From contig CM082585.2 in the NCBI GenBank assembly GCA_040954595.2, positions 4,241,358 through 4,305,357 of the forward strand: DNA of 64,000 nucleotides, written 5' to 3'. The stretch comes from Balanoglossus misakiensis (lineage: Eukaryota; Animalia; Hemichordata). The translations under genes and the position numbers were made by a program. Shown piece by piece: positions 24,904 through 37,706 of this stretch (within the stretch, counting starts at the first letter, position 1; every line of letters begins with the position of its first letter). The notes under the pieces are model-generated. The model did not search any database. It had not been told where the DNA came from and worked only from the letters and a program-made list of their open reading frames with translations.

Positions 24904-26148
24904 TATACAAATATAAATTACTATTCTCACCTATACACCACCAGTTTATCTTTTCTTCAAAGTCAAGTTCATTCCAATATTCCGATAATTTTCGGGTCAC
25001 CGGCTGCATCCATGAATTGATCTCCAACCCATTTCCAAATGATGTCATCCTCACGATTTGCAGACATATTTCAATGGGTATTTGTATATTTGTATGGGTG
25101 TGCAACGGACTTATTTCATAATAGTTCAGTTTGGAAGGAAACTCTAATGCGTCAAGTCAAAAATTTTATATCTGGCCGGATATGTCTATATTAATATATA
25201 CACACACATTTCAACTGAATATGTTTATTGACGTTTAAATAGACCATTGCTGACGCATCGGTGGTCTGAAATCTTGCTGTTATACTGAAAATATTTTTCC
25301 TCGAACCTTTTTAAAAACACATTCTACAAAGTTAAGTTCTTCCTCATCACTATTTAACCTTTTCTCAATTTAACCTGTCACCTTGGTGGTATCCAAATTG
25401 CCAATAGTGGCTGTTTCGGGGGAAAGTTCGTCTGGGGAACTTTATGTTGAAGGCCAACAGACACATGGAAATACTGAATAATATTCCCGTAGTATAACCC
25501 AGAGAGCACGATTTTAAAGTGTGAATGTGTGTTTCTGACCTTTAGAGGGCGCTGCCATTTGGGATCCATGTTGGAAACTGTACCAAGTTTCATGCTTTTA
25601 ACCCAAAGTGTACGATTTTTTATGTATTTGACGTGCCTAGATGTGGTTTGATAGTATGAGAAAGACTCTGATATGAAAATCGTCATCTTGATTTATGACG
25701 TTTTACGACACGTGTTTATAATACACAATAACAAAATATTTTTAGACGAGGCCTTTTGCCCGATTAGACTGGAACTTATCCAGTCAATTCTGTACATTTT
25801 GTCGATTTACATTAAAACCAGACTGGAGTAGCACATAACACGTAGGCGCTGGAGATGGTTTTGGGTATTCTGTTCGTTGTCTTGGCTATGGTGAAGACCC
25901 CCTTCTCAGTGAACAGAACAGCAGAGAATCAGCTTTATTAATACAACGCCCAACACGGGATGGGTCATCTTTATAGAAGCTAGCATTTTAAAACGAGAAT
26001 ATATAATGATACTTAAAAAAAATACGTTTTTATTAACTTTTCAGTTGATTAATTTTCTGTGTACACAGTTTATTTTGAGATCCAATACGTTTTTATTTGC
26101 TGGTATATTGCAAACACCAACATTTCAACAAAGTCATAAATCAAGTTG

Positions 26149-27790
26149 CTAAATAAAGTAATCGCAGTACCAGGTTCCTGCACCGAAGAGATGGATATCT
26201 TCAATACATGTGCCACCAGAAACGACTTTGGTAGCTGGTTTAGTAGAAACCCAGGAGAATTGACCCGAGAATGCGTCGTGACACTCTGTAGTCTGAAAAA
26301 GATAAGTTTCAAGTTTTGTTCGTGTTATATATAATACACCCTTTTCATAAGTCTAGCGCCCTCACAGATCCATCGTGAATTTGAACTCAAAGCGAGGCCA
26401 ATGGGGAAAGTTGACCAATCACATCGAGGAGGTTTCCCGAATGGCCTCACTTTGAGTTCAAATTCATGATGGCGGTTTGTGTGCGCTAGACTTACGAAAA
26501 TGGCATATTACATAGTCAGGGAGATCCGTTGTGTGGAAATTGTGTTATAGTACAACAGATAAAAGTGTTATCTCTCAAAAATGAGGAAAATCCACGAATA
26601 TTGTTCTGAAATATTAAATATTTCGGTAAAATGGTTGATGTTTTAAGAATGACACTTTTTTGAATGGTCAACATTTTGAAATTGTTGCAATTTAGTCAAA
26701 ATATATTAATATCCAAATATTAATATATTTGTGTCATCGATAATGCCTGTGTAATTGTGTTACAACACTATTACAAGAAAATGTGAGTTAAAATCTCTAA
26801 TTTACATGTGTATATATATGGTCAAACGGGCGTGTCTAAATCTTCGAATTTCCATGTAGTGGAACATCAATTTCGCGCGTGCCAACCAATTTTAATCTGT
26901 AATTGGCTGTATTGCAATTTTCTATGGTAACAGTTCATATCGTTTACATAGGTAAACATGTAGACCTCTCAACTGAACATCGGAAAATATTCTTGTCTTC
27001 AAGATAATAAAGGATTATTTACCCTGCAATTCCATTTAGCGATTCCGTTGGAATACTCGAACATGTCACAATCGCCACACATGGAAATCTTCTTAATGCC
27101 TGGTCCGTTGCCCTGGGATTGATTGAGGGAAAGCGGTTTTTTGTTAATTGGGTTTTCGGTACAGCTGTATTACTGCAAAGCGGAGTCAAGCTCTTGAGTA
27201 ATCACACTATGAGTAAGACTTTCTGGGTTGGTGATCATGTACGACACGTGTCTGGGTCGGAGCTCTATGAAACCTGCCTCATTTATGACAATGACTTAAT
27301 TCACTGTATTCTGTAACCATTGGCGTTCATTTACGAGAATCTAGGCATAGATAGGCTCACACCACTGTAAATGTCACGTGACATAAACCTGGCATACGGG
27401 ACATGACGGAGATATCTGTTCCAAAGCGACTTCTGATGACAAACCAAGTGTAAACATTTAACCTACCAGATCAACATTTTCAGACAGTGGCGGGTTGATG
27501 AAATTCACAGCCAAATAGTGTTTGTCACTCTTGAAATCCACGGCGAATGTGAGTGATGTTTGGCGCCGTATGTCCTCCACACGACCCTCGGTGATGTCGT
27601 TCACTCTGGCTATCAGATCTGGTGGACACGGCGTTGATACAACACAGTCTTCGTACTGCACGCCGTCATCGGCGTTGACATCGACGTCGCAAGCTTCACA
27701 GGTGAAATTCTCGTTTGTGACCCCTTGTTTTTTTCCAAGCAAGCCATTAACACACAGGAGCATTAAGAATAACCCTCTTGTGACAGACAT
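26149..27790 (-). CDS. Uncharacterised secreted Cys-rich protein, paralogue 1 (~185 aa)
   Basis: Coding exons 27790-27467, 27112-27023 (90 bp; GNGPGIKKISMCGDCDMFEYSNGIAKWNCR) and 26292-26149 (TTECHDAFSGQFSWVS…WYCDYFI*). Upstream non-coding exon donor at ~28625, TATAAAA at ~28700. Hydrophobic N-terminus. Homologous to paralogues 2 and 3. Confidence 0.85.
26335..26507. mobile_element. ~165-bp palindromic MITE family M1, copy 1
   Basis: TACACCCTTTTCATAAGTCTAGCGCCCTCA…CTAGACTTACGAAAA terminal inverted repeats. Internal GAACTCAAAGCGAGGCCA/TGGCCTCACTTTGAGTTC. Three copies in the window. Confidence 0.8.
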
Positions 27791-29616
27791 TTTCTGGTTT
27801 GGTGTCTGAGAATTTAGTATTAAAACATGTTTTAACGATATAGAATGTGTGACGTCGTGGACTGGGAACGAACGCATTCTTTACTTTGGTTAGCAGTTTC
27901 GCGGTAAACGGTAAATATAGGTAAAAATTCAGTTATTGTTGAATGGACAAAATCTGACGTGGTATCTTATTCAATATGCCATTTTTGTATATAGTCAATC
28001 CGACAAACTAGAACAAGGAAAATCTTCGTACGTGATATTTGACAAATGTGATGCAAATTGTCTGACGCTTCGTTTCAGTTTTGAACGAGTGTTACAGTCT
28101 CGGTGTGGGTTAAGATGTTAAATGAGTTCGTTTCTAAACTATGTTCGAGTGTGTACAATTGGGGTAGCATATGTTTATACCACCCCAACCCAAGGACATT
28201 TGCGGTAAAAAAACAATGAATGTGTTTTTCACTGTTTTAATAATTTTAACGTAAACGCAGGTAACACGCGCCTGGTATATGTACGGCCAGTGTAGGACTG
28301 ATCAGTAAAAGACCATTTGTTTACAATTTTAAACACACAAAAAAATCGGATGAAATAGGAAGACGGTATCCTTGTCACCATTTTCATTGTCTAGGTATTT
28401 TTGCTTAGTATACTTCCTTTGAAAATTTAAACATAACTTTCTCATTGCGTATTGTAACTAGTTGCCATGGCTAATCCTTATCGGCATGCTGCAACCAGCC
28501 AGATGTTGGCGAGGAGCTGAAAGTTCGTGTGTGCGTGGAAGAGATATGATGTAACACAACTCGACTAATACAACAACGCTTGAAAATGCAGGTTCATGAA
28601 TTTTCTCCAAAACAGTACACTTACCTTCGTACGCCTACTAAGAAGACTTCTGGATAGCAGTGTGACGTGGATACTGTTGAAACCGCTTTTTCCCGGACAG
28701 TTTTATACCTACCCAAATTCAATGTTCGCATGATCCATTCATTTGCATTTAATTTGAATATGGGTGTCAATTTCTAAAAATATAACGGTATCAGTAATAA
28801 ACACGTTTACCTGAAAAATAAAACTGTAACATATATGTAATAGCTAGCGTTTGGCTTGTGCCGTTTTTCCTATATGTTCCCACAAGCAATACACTTACCC
28901 TCGCAAACGATACATGTATAGAGACTGTTTCCCATCAGATTATGACATGTTTCAATATCTTATTAGTATTACGGAAATAGCGCCCGACCTTCACATTGAT
29001 ACGTTCGCTGTTTCAAATAGTGCGCCATGTTGTGACTCTCGTTGGACACATATAGTAAAGACCATGAAACGAACATGCTTTCATGTTCTGGAAATATACA
29101 TTTATAGTGAGAATATATAAATTTGCAGAACTTTGTCATAAAACTCGTCTAATTCCGTTTGTTTTTAAATATTGTTGCGAGTTCAATACTGTATACGCAG
29201 AATTATAGACTTTTGGACATTAGTGTGGACATGTGTGTCGCTCATCATTGTCAGATACATACTAGTATACTACAGACGTTTCATAGAATTTGATGCAGTA
29301 ATTTGTGAAATATCTCACTAATTCCAAGAGTGCGTCAAATATGAAACTTTAAAGTAGCTTCATATGGACCGGCTGAACGACCCACAAACGTATTATGAAC
29401 CAGAAACTGTGAATTTATAAAAATTAAACCCAAGCCATGTGGTAGCTGTATCTATCTCTACTGCGTTTCTTAATATATGGTGGAGTAAGTACATGAACCG
29501 ACGTATAATGCTAATTGCATTTGGTGTTCATACCTCAGCAGTAGAAGTCAATTTGGAACTTATACGGTGCACACTCTGATGTGATGTCACTCACGTGCGG
29601 AATACGTATTCTTAGA

Positions 29617-29780
29617 TCACCCTTTTCATAAGTCTAGCTCACTCACACAGCCATCATTACTTTGAACTCAAAGCGAGGCCAGTTGCGAAAGTTAACATCA
29701 AGGGGTTTCCCAATTGGCCTCGCTTTAAATTCAAATTCACGATGACTGCATGAGGGTGCTAGACTTATGAACAGTGTGTA
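29617..29780. mobile_element. MITE family M1, copy 2
   Basis: Same TIRs and internal palindrome as the copy at 26335-26507. Confidence 0.8.
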
Positions 29781-30212
29781 TACCTCAGGGATCCAATTTT
29801 ATTTTTATTTATTTATTCATGATGTCCCCTTTTGTCTTAAAATGGGAAGTTTGGATATGTTTGCTGTTGACCAAACTATATGTGTTTCGTGTATTACCAT
29901 CGAAGATGTTGACCGGAGATGGGATGGGGATATTGTTCTAATCTCAATCAAGGTACTTATAACGTGGCAATTAACACAACTTAAATAAAGTGTATGGTTT
30001 TTGCCTCTTGCCAAAATCTAAAAGTCTCAGAAGACTCATTTTTCCATTAATATTGAAATTGATGACACCTTAATTGATACTGCTTGCATTAATAAATTAC
30101 TTGGTGTTCAAATTGACAGCGTTCCAAGTTGTCATGCACGTCAAAAACTACGGATCTTAATAGGGACAACAGACCACACAGTATCATTCGACCATACTAC
30201 AAAATATAATAA

Positions 30213-30374
30213 TAAACCCTTTTCATAAGTCTAGCGCCCTCATGCAGCAGCATGAATTTAAACTCAAAGCGAGGCCAATGGGGTAACCCTTGGTGTCAAC
30301 TTTCACCTTTGGCCTCGCTTTGAGTTCAAATTCATGCTGGCTGCAGAGGGTGCTAGACTTATTAAAAGGGTGTA
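30213..30374. mobile_element. MITE family M1, copy 3
   Basis: CCCTTTTCATAAGTCTAGCGCCCTC…GAGGGTGCTAGACTTATTAAAAGGGTGTA. Confidence 0.85.
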
Positions 30375-30569
30375 TTGTAATAAAATCGATACCACTGCTA
30401 ACATGGTTCAAATGCTTAACCTGGGTTTAATCACTCTGTATTTTTGGGAAAGGTAAGTTAAGACATGTTCAGTTCTACTGTAACGTATTCTTAGGAGATT
30501 CATTTGTGACTCACTACGCAGGTTTATTGTTTTCATTTAACCATTTGAAGACCGTCACAATGGGTGAAG

Positions 30570-33224
30570 TTACGCAACATAGTAATCGCAGTAGAATTTG
30601 TCTTCGCCTAAGCGAGATTTGTCCTGAAGGCAAGAAGCACCCGATATAAAAGAGGTAACTGGCTTGAAGGAAACCCAGGAAAATGGACCAGAGAATGCGT
30701 CATGGCACTTTGTAGTCTGAAAAAGACGAAGAAACCTTTTCAATAATGTTCTACAATTAATTGCTGCCCGAACTGTATAATACATTAAAGGTATACGGTC
30801 ACCTATGAAAATTCAGCTACAGTTACCATGGCAAATTGAGATCTAGCCAATCACAGATTTTCAGTGGGTGGCACAAGCGAAAAAAAAGCGCCACCCGAAA
30901 GCGTCACTCGAATACGTCATTTCTGACACATATGGGCGTATGTAATTTGGGTGTGACCGTATACCTTTAATATCAAAATTTGCATTCTGAAACTCCGAAA
31001 GGGCAAATGTAAATGGAGGTCTTTGGACTATCGGGGAAAAGCAAGAATGTCTAGTAGGGTACAACTCCAAAGTGTCATATATTATACAGCACTAATGAAA
31101 AGACAATCGGCGTTAAAAGTCTCGTATTATGGAATATTGTTTACTTACCCTACAATTCCACTGACTAATTCCGTTGGAATACTCCGACACATCACAATGG
31201 CCACACATAGAAATCGACTCAATCCCGGCTCCCGGGCCCTGGATTTAATAGAGTGGGTAATGTACATTCGTTGATTTTATTCTTTACTATCAATCACGTG
31301 ATCTGGTAAGGTGACCCACGGCGTTGTAATTTTCAGATGACGGCCAAGCAATATTTCGGCATCCAGTGACAGTTTTTTCCGAGTATGCTATTTACTTTAG
31401 AACCGCCAGACACGTAACATGTATCAGGTATGGTGCCTCATCAGCCTCATTGCTTTTCGTCTGCACAGTCTTTGTCTGCACCACGTAAGTCCACGTTGCT
31501 GTAGTTGCCCGTCATCTGGAAATTTGAATGCGAACGTAACTGCCGCCAGAGTACGTCTGACGTCATTTGACATCGAAGAATATCTTTGTAAACTTGTGTT
31601 TAGTATACTTTTAAGCTTTTAGACTTTTTTTGTCAAGCGACAGCCCGGCAGATTTTATGAGGTGCCCATATGCAAACGAAGCTTGATTCAGGACATATAA
31701 ACTGCTTTTGTGAACCCTGGATGGTAATTTAAGATTTTCACAGGTGCAGCTTTCATGTAAAGGAAACCTCGTATATATTTGTGAAGTAAAACAAATCCAG
31801 TTCGAAAATAATTTTGAATATTGAAACCGTGTAAAATTAAACTCACCAGATCAACATTTTCAGACAGTCGGTGGTCGGATATCCCAGCAGCTAAATAGTG
31901 AGTGCCATTCTTAAAATCTAAAGCGAATGTGCCTGGGTTTTGACGTCTTTTCTCTGCAAGACCGTCCTTTATTTCTTTCACCTTGGACAACAACTCTGAT
32001 GGGCACTGACTTCCTATAATGCAGTCTTGGTAGTACACACCAATATCAGCGTTAACATCAACGTCGCATTTTTCACAAATGAGATTTTCGTTTGTGCCGC
32101 CTTCTCCTCTCACCAGAAAGCCATTTAAACACAGCGACAGAATGACAACTCCTCTTGTGACCGTCAATTTACGACCTGGCATCTGAGAATTGATTCGTGT
32201 ACAATTTATCAACATATTTTTCCATCGCATAATCTGGAAATAAGTGACGTGGTTGACTGAAAACGGACTCTGTATTCTGGTTTTTCAGTTTCATTAAGAG
32301 GTGTTTTCTTAAATTTCTGCAAATGTTCTTTTATCCGTCACTGAGGCTTCAGGAGTGGTCACCCTTTTTGAATAAAAATCCGACAAATGGAAAATAACTT
32401 CTAATATCTTTCGGAAATTTTCAGCCATCTTGTTTGACGCCACGACTATGGTTTGAAAAGTCTCAGTGTAGGTTAAAATAACTTGTATCATTCGTTTAAA
32501 AATGTGTTCGCTTGTGAAACATGACAAGACAGCTTGGAGCTCGATTGGAGTCGGATTTGATGAAATGAGACGTACTGTACGTGCAAGGTTATTCGTGCTC
32601 ACTGAAAATATGATTAAAGGAACAAAGTCTCTCTCTTGCTCTTGCTCTTTTCCATTAATTACGTTTGATATAAGACACCGTTTATGTTAATGTACATGTA
32701 GACATATAGTAATCAACGTTCAACCACACACAGCTTCCATCCCATTGTAAACACGACAGTGAAAAAAACTCGCGAAAAAGAATAATTGGTATCTACCATT
32801 TATTCATTATGTGCGAGTTTTTACTCTCATGTCAATCATACAAGTGGGATGGAAGTTGTGTGTGGTTGAACGCTCATTCACTGCATATACACATGCACAT
32901 TAACATAAATGGTATCTTGTATCAAACATAATTAATGGAAAAGGGGCAGCGAGAGAGAGACTTTGTCCCTTTAAAGCAGTTCGTCCGAAGATTTCGAAAG
33001 TCATTTCCCTCAATGCACATTTTTTCACGTTGACCCATTCCACGTACACTCCAATTGCAATGGTCAGTCCCTATCGACATATCGAATTCCGTGGGAAGCT
33101 GTCGATGAACACAACTCGTCACGTTTATGATGACTCTGTGTTTGACTCAACTTGACTAATACCAAAACGCTTGAAAGCATCACAGACTAAAGTATTAATT
33201 TGCACGGTAGAGAAAACTTACCAT
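30570..33224 (-). CDS. Uncharacterised secreted Cys-rich protein, paralogue 2 (~191 aa)
   Basis: First exon ends in ATG|GTAAG (33224-33222). Further exons 32182-31847, 31238-31149 (90 bp; GPGAGIESISMCGHCDVSEYSNGISQWNCR) and 30716-30570. Confidence 0.85.
30789..30966. mobile_element. TTAA-flanked MITE (Kolobok-like termini AGGTATACGGTCAC…GTGACCGTATACCT)
   Basis: TTAA on both sides and 14-bp TIRs. A second, one-ended copy ends at 34076. Confidence 0.8.
32618..32970. mobile_element. TTAA-flanked ~350-bp palindromic MITE family M2 (Kolobok-like), copy 1
   Basis: TTAA|AGGAACAAAGTCTCTCTC…GAGAGAGACTTTGTCCCT|TTAA with long imperfect inverted arms. Homologous to 43783-44127. Confidence 0.85.
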
Positions 33225-33343
33225 TGAACACGGACCGGGAAGACGTGCAGAGAGTGACGCTGATTCTATCGAAACCGCGTTCTTATTCCAGCATACAGAT
33301 AGCGTGAATCTATTTTTTTCTTAATAAAATTCATTTACATGCA

Positions 33344-33531
33344 TTTTAAATATAAATGTGCGTTTCTTAAAATAGGATTATCTTTTTTAACTACATGTAT
33401 TTTAAGAAACGCACATTCATATTTAAAATTGTCAGGGTTTTGCTACTCATGGTCGGTATCCAGGACAACGGTAAGAGTATACGTGTAGCATGCTACATGT
33501 ATACGCTTACCATGTCCTGGATACCGACCAT
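33344..33531. repeat. Two adjacent short palindromes (33344-33428 and ~33449-33531)
   Basis: TTTTAAATATAAATGTGCGTTTCTTAAAA…TTTTAAGAAACGCACATTCATATTTAAAA, and ATGGTCGGTATCCAGGACA…GTAGCATGCTAC…TGTCCTGGATACCGACCAT. Probably MITE remnants. Confidence 0.65.
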
Positions 33532-34238
33532 AGCAACCAGCGTCGTGAAAACCTTTCCCAGTCAACCCCTTTGAAATTGAATTTCGGTGTAACATATAAC
33601 CAGACTAACCAGACCAAAGTTAAAGTGACATTAGCTGTATTCTTTGGCTTTGTTTCCAATATTTATATTTTTGTTCTGTGTCCCAAATGCAATTTCTTGT
33701 TCCACTCCAAATGGCATGATAATATACCGAGTACTTCACCTGTCAACAGAGCCTGTGTGTAACGGCCATTGTTATATTTGGCAAACAAACAAACAAACGA
33801 GCGAGCGAGAAAGCAACCGCTTAAACAACAAGAAAATGCGGACACCACGCTGCCTGCCATTTTTAACTTTGCGGGATTTTTATTATTATTCTCCGAGAAC
33901 TGAAGAAGCTATTTTTATGTTGACGTACCTATTTTCTGTTAGCTTCCGAATATGCATGTATGTTCGATTTCAGCTATTTATATATACTTCATATGGATAA
34001 GACGCAGCACCACGTTTGCTAGATCTCAATTTATCATGGTAACTGTAGCTAAATTTGCATATGTGACCGTATACCTTTAACACGGTATAGCAGGAGAAGC
34101 AGGAGAACACACTGAAGAGATTCTTGTCTTTTTATTGATTTCCAAATTATGCATCTGACACATTTCTATATTCTAAATGAATAGAATGTGTGATTTCCTT
34201 CGCGTATATCAATTTTGCAAAACAACTGGTTACAGTGC

Positions 34239-36468
34239 CTAATATACGTGATCGCAGTAGTATAATATTTCACCGAGACGAGGGGCGACATCCAGACATA
34301 CACCCGGTATAGATGTGGTGTTCGGCTGGAAGGAAACCCACGAAAATGGGCCCTTGAACGCTTGAAGACATTCTGAAATCTGAAAAAACGAGAAGTGTAG
34401 TCAAATTGAGAATTCTATTGTATAAACCTTACTGCTTTAAGTCCTGTCAGGATCTAAACAAATGCGATGGCATGACAATCGTCGAACGTACAATAGTAAA
34501 CAAAAGAAAAAAAACAATAAACTTTTGATTTGTCAAGTCGTGACTACAAAGCAGGCATCATATCCACAGATGTAGGCTACTATAATGCCTTCGGATATGC
34601 GAAAGAAAACCGTTAAAATATTGCATTCAGTAATGTGTGTTAGGAAAAAGAGTTATGTCACATACATTTAAAATGTTAGTTACCTCACATTTTCCGAAAG
34701 TTATTCCATTAGCATACTCTATCGAGTCGCAAGTAGCACACAAAGAAATGAGTTCTCTTCCGACTCCGGAACCCTATTTTTGAAAGAAGGGAATCGTGTT
34801 AGTGGAGCACATTTGTAAAAGAACCCAAACCTCAATAAACCTTGAGAAGTTCCTGAGAACACATTTTAATTTGATTTCAATTTCTGTGACATATATCAAG
34901 GAAAGTACTGTACGTTTTTGTCATCAAAATTTGTTTTACCTGCGCATAGACGATGACCGAGGAAGTTTTCTTTGGAAAAAGTATTACTGTCACTATGCAT
35001 AAACGAAGGTAGTTAATGTAACACCGGTGCATCCTGGACAAATACTTCAGATTTGTAATACACATGGTACTTTTTCACGAGTGCCGATAAATGTTCAAAT
35101 GTCGTGTGTTTTTTTTCGTTACTTAAATTGTGTAGATTGCTACAAGTTTAATACAAGACAATTCTTAGACGCCGTTTTTTTAGAATACATGTGCAGTACC
35201 CTGTGTGAAAATTTCCATCATTTCACTGGACTATTTAGAAGACAACGGAATGCACCAAAATAAAAACGACACATTGGGGAAAAACGTCAAATAAAGATAG
35301 AAAGTTGCAACGTATTCCCTTCAGGCTCAATATTTCAAAGGCAGTTATTTTTTCATTGTTGGTGTCACGCAGGTGGTCTACAGACCATTAAAATAAATTG
35401 TATGTAACAAAAGGCCGCGCTTCTTTCCCGTAATTTTTAATGAAGTACCCCAGCGGACCCCCCCCCCCCCAAATACTGTAACATGACAAAACACTAGTCG
35501 ATAACCATCAAGTAGCCAACAGATACCATGCAAGAAAGGAATTGCGCAGCCCACCTTTAGAGCGACGAGAACTCAACTTTTTGTCGGCGATGACTGTAAG
35601 AGAGTGTAGGTGGGGAAGGATGTATGTTTAGCTTACCAGATTTATATCTTCAGGGTGTTGCTGGTCTATCATTAAGACAGCTAGATAGTGGGTTTCATTC
35701 TTAAAATCCATCGCTACTGAAATCGACTCTCGACTCACTTCCTCTACAGCACCACCCTTGATATCATTCACTTTGGAGATCAGTTCTGATGGGCACCGAT
35801 TGGATATCAAACAATCCTCATAATATATACCATCACCGGCGTAATCGATTTTGCAGTTTTCACAAACAAGGTCCTCCTCGTTGTTTTCTTCTCTCTTCAC
35901 CAGAAAGCCACTCACATTCATTAACAGTAACACTAATGTTACTATGACAGCAAATACTCGGACTGGAGGCTGAGATTGATATAAAATGTTTGCTACTACT
36001 ATAGTTTATATTGTCTTTTAGTCAACAGAGTGCGATTAAGGTGCTAACTATTGATTGATTATCTCGTATAGTGAACATAGAACATGTTGGGAGATTACAG
36101 TAGGCAATTAAAAGAAACGGCGAGACTAATCTATTTGTGTTTCTATAGTACGAAAATGTTCATGACTTGAGTTTTAAGCTACTGACAGACGCCTATTTGG
36201 CTAGGTGGGCAAGAACAACAGTTTTGCCTTACCATCGGGTTATTACGTCAGATCCCGGGTTTTAAATTTAATTCATCATTCGGATTGCTTTTAAGGAGCA
36301 ATACTGTTTTTGATTCTGGGTTCAAAACCTGTGTATCATTGCATTAAAAGTCATCTATCCGTACATATTGAAAAATGCAACAGTTATCCAAATAAAATGT
36401 TATGTATGTTAAATACCTCCTTCGGCACAATCCATCTAAAACAGTAAATGCATACTAGTACTTACCAT
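34239..36468 (-). CDS. Uncharacterised secreted Cys-rich protein, paralogue 3 (~188 aa)
   Basis: ATG|GTAAG at 36468-36466. Further exons 35969-35637, 34773-34684 (90 bp; GSGVGRELISLCATCDSIEYANGITFGKCE) and 34379-34239 (ISECLQAFKGPFSWVS…YYCDHVY*). Confidence 0.83.
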
Positions 36469-37379
36469 AGCGAATGTGTATCAGGAACTACTGCATGTAC
36501 ACACGTCAACAACAACTTTCGGTTTAGACGCCTAACACAATTTCTTATTCACAAAGTATTTTGGGTTGAAAAATGCATTTTCTCTATTCGTTGAAATATA
36601 TATACTTTTATGCTTGCATTGTTACTATTTATGTTTTTCCATTCCATATGGACAAGCGGTAGCGCCTGTTGGGAAGACACATATACAGAGACAAACAGGT
36701 ACGCACAGAGATACTTTGTGCGGGTTATTTTTTATTATTTTAATAACTTCGGACGTGTGTAACTATTTTATAGTTCCAGGGGGTCCGTAGTTACGGTAAA
36801 ACGAAACAAAATAATAATAAAACCTGCTTCACTACAAAGTACTTTGAATAATTAGTAACTGTGGATATATTTGTGTAGGGTTAATAAAATCCAAGGGGAT
36901 ATTGAGTTTGGTAAGTTAACCTTTAAAATTTAGGTCCAATGTGTATGTATTTGGGTGCACTCGAAATGGTTAAGGTGCAGAAGTGTATTGTACAGACAAT
37001 TGTCATTGTATCAAAGGAATTACTTTAACATTTACTGCAGACCCTTGTGAGAGGGTCACACTTTACAAAGATAGAATACGGAAGTGTGAAATTTTATTAA
37101 TGCGATGTGGCAGAGGGACACCTTTTACGCGACCGACCCACCCCTAAGTTCACTGGCCTACGCCGCCCGTACTGAAAGACCCCGTACTGGACGATTGGAG
37201 GAGATTGAGAGATATATGCAATACCTAATGCTCCGCGCCGCAATATCTGTTGCTTGTAAAGCCTCGTTTAATTAAACCGGCGATAGGGCAACTTATAATT
37301 TGAAGTTTCTGTTTTTATTCTTGGCAGACTTAACAGATGGGAGAAATTCTTTCAAGAGCTGACAATACGTGTGCGATTT

Positions 37380-37706
37380 GTCATTCATTCATTCATTCAT
37401 TCATTCATTCATTCATTCATTCATTCATTCATTCATTCATTCATTCATTCATTCGTTCATTCGTTCATTCGTTCATCCAGCGAAAGCCAAACCAACCCTC
37501 ACCCACCCAACCCACACATACCCATACCCTAAAACCATCAAACCACCCACCCACGCACCCACCCACCCACCCTATTCCTTCATTCATTCATTCATTCATT
37601 CATTCATTCATTCAGTCAGTCAGTCAGTCAGTCAGTCAGTCAGTCAGTCATTCAGTCATTCATGTTTGTTTGTTTGTTTGTTTGTTTGTTTGTTTGTTTG
37701 TTTGTT
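37380..37706. repeat. Compound microsatellite (TTCA)n/(CCCA)n/(TCAG)n/(GTTT)n
   Basis: Directly visible. Confidence 0.95.

Noticed and set aside
25855-25941. Short plus-strand ORF MVLGILFVVLAMVKTPFSVNRTAENQLY resembling a signal peptide
   Set aside because: Only 28 aa, no paralogue or splice support, and lies antisense in the likely 3' region of orphan paralogue 1.
26335-30374. Recurrent palindromic repeats as a CRISPR-like array
   Set aside because: Copies are ~165 bp, dispersed over kilobases, and have TIR structure in eukaryotic DNA: they are MITEs, with no spacers or cas genes.
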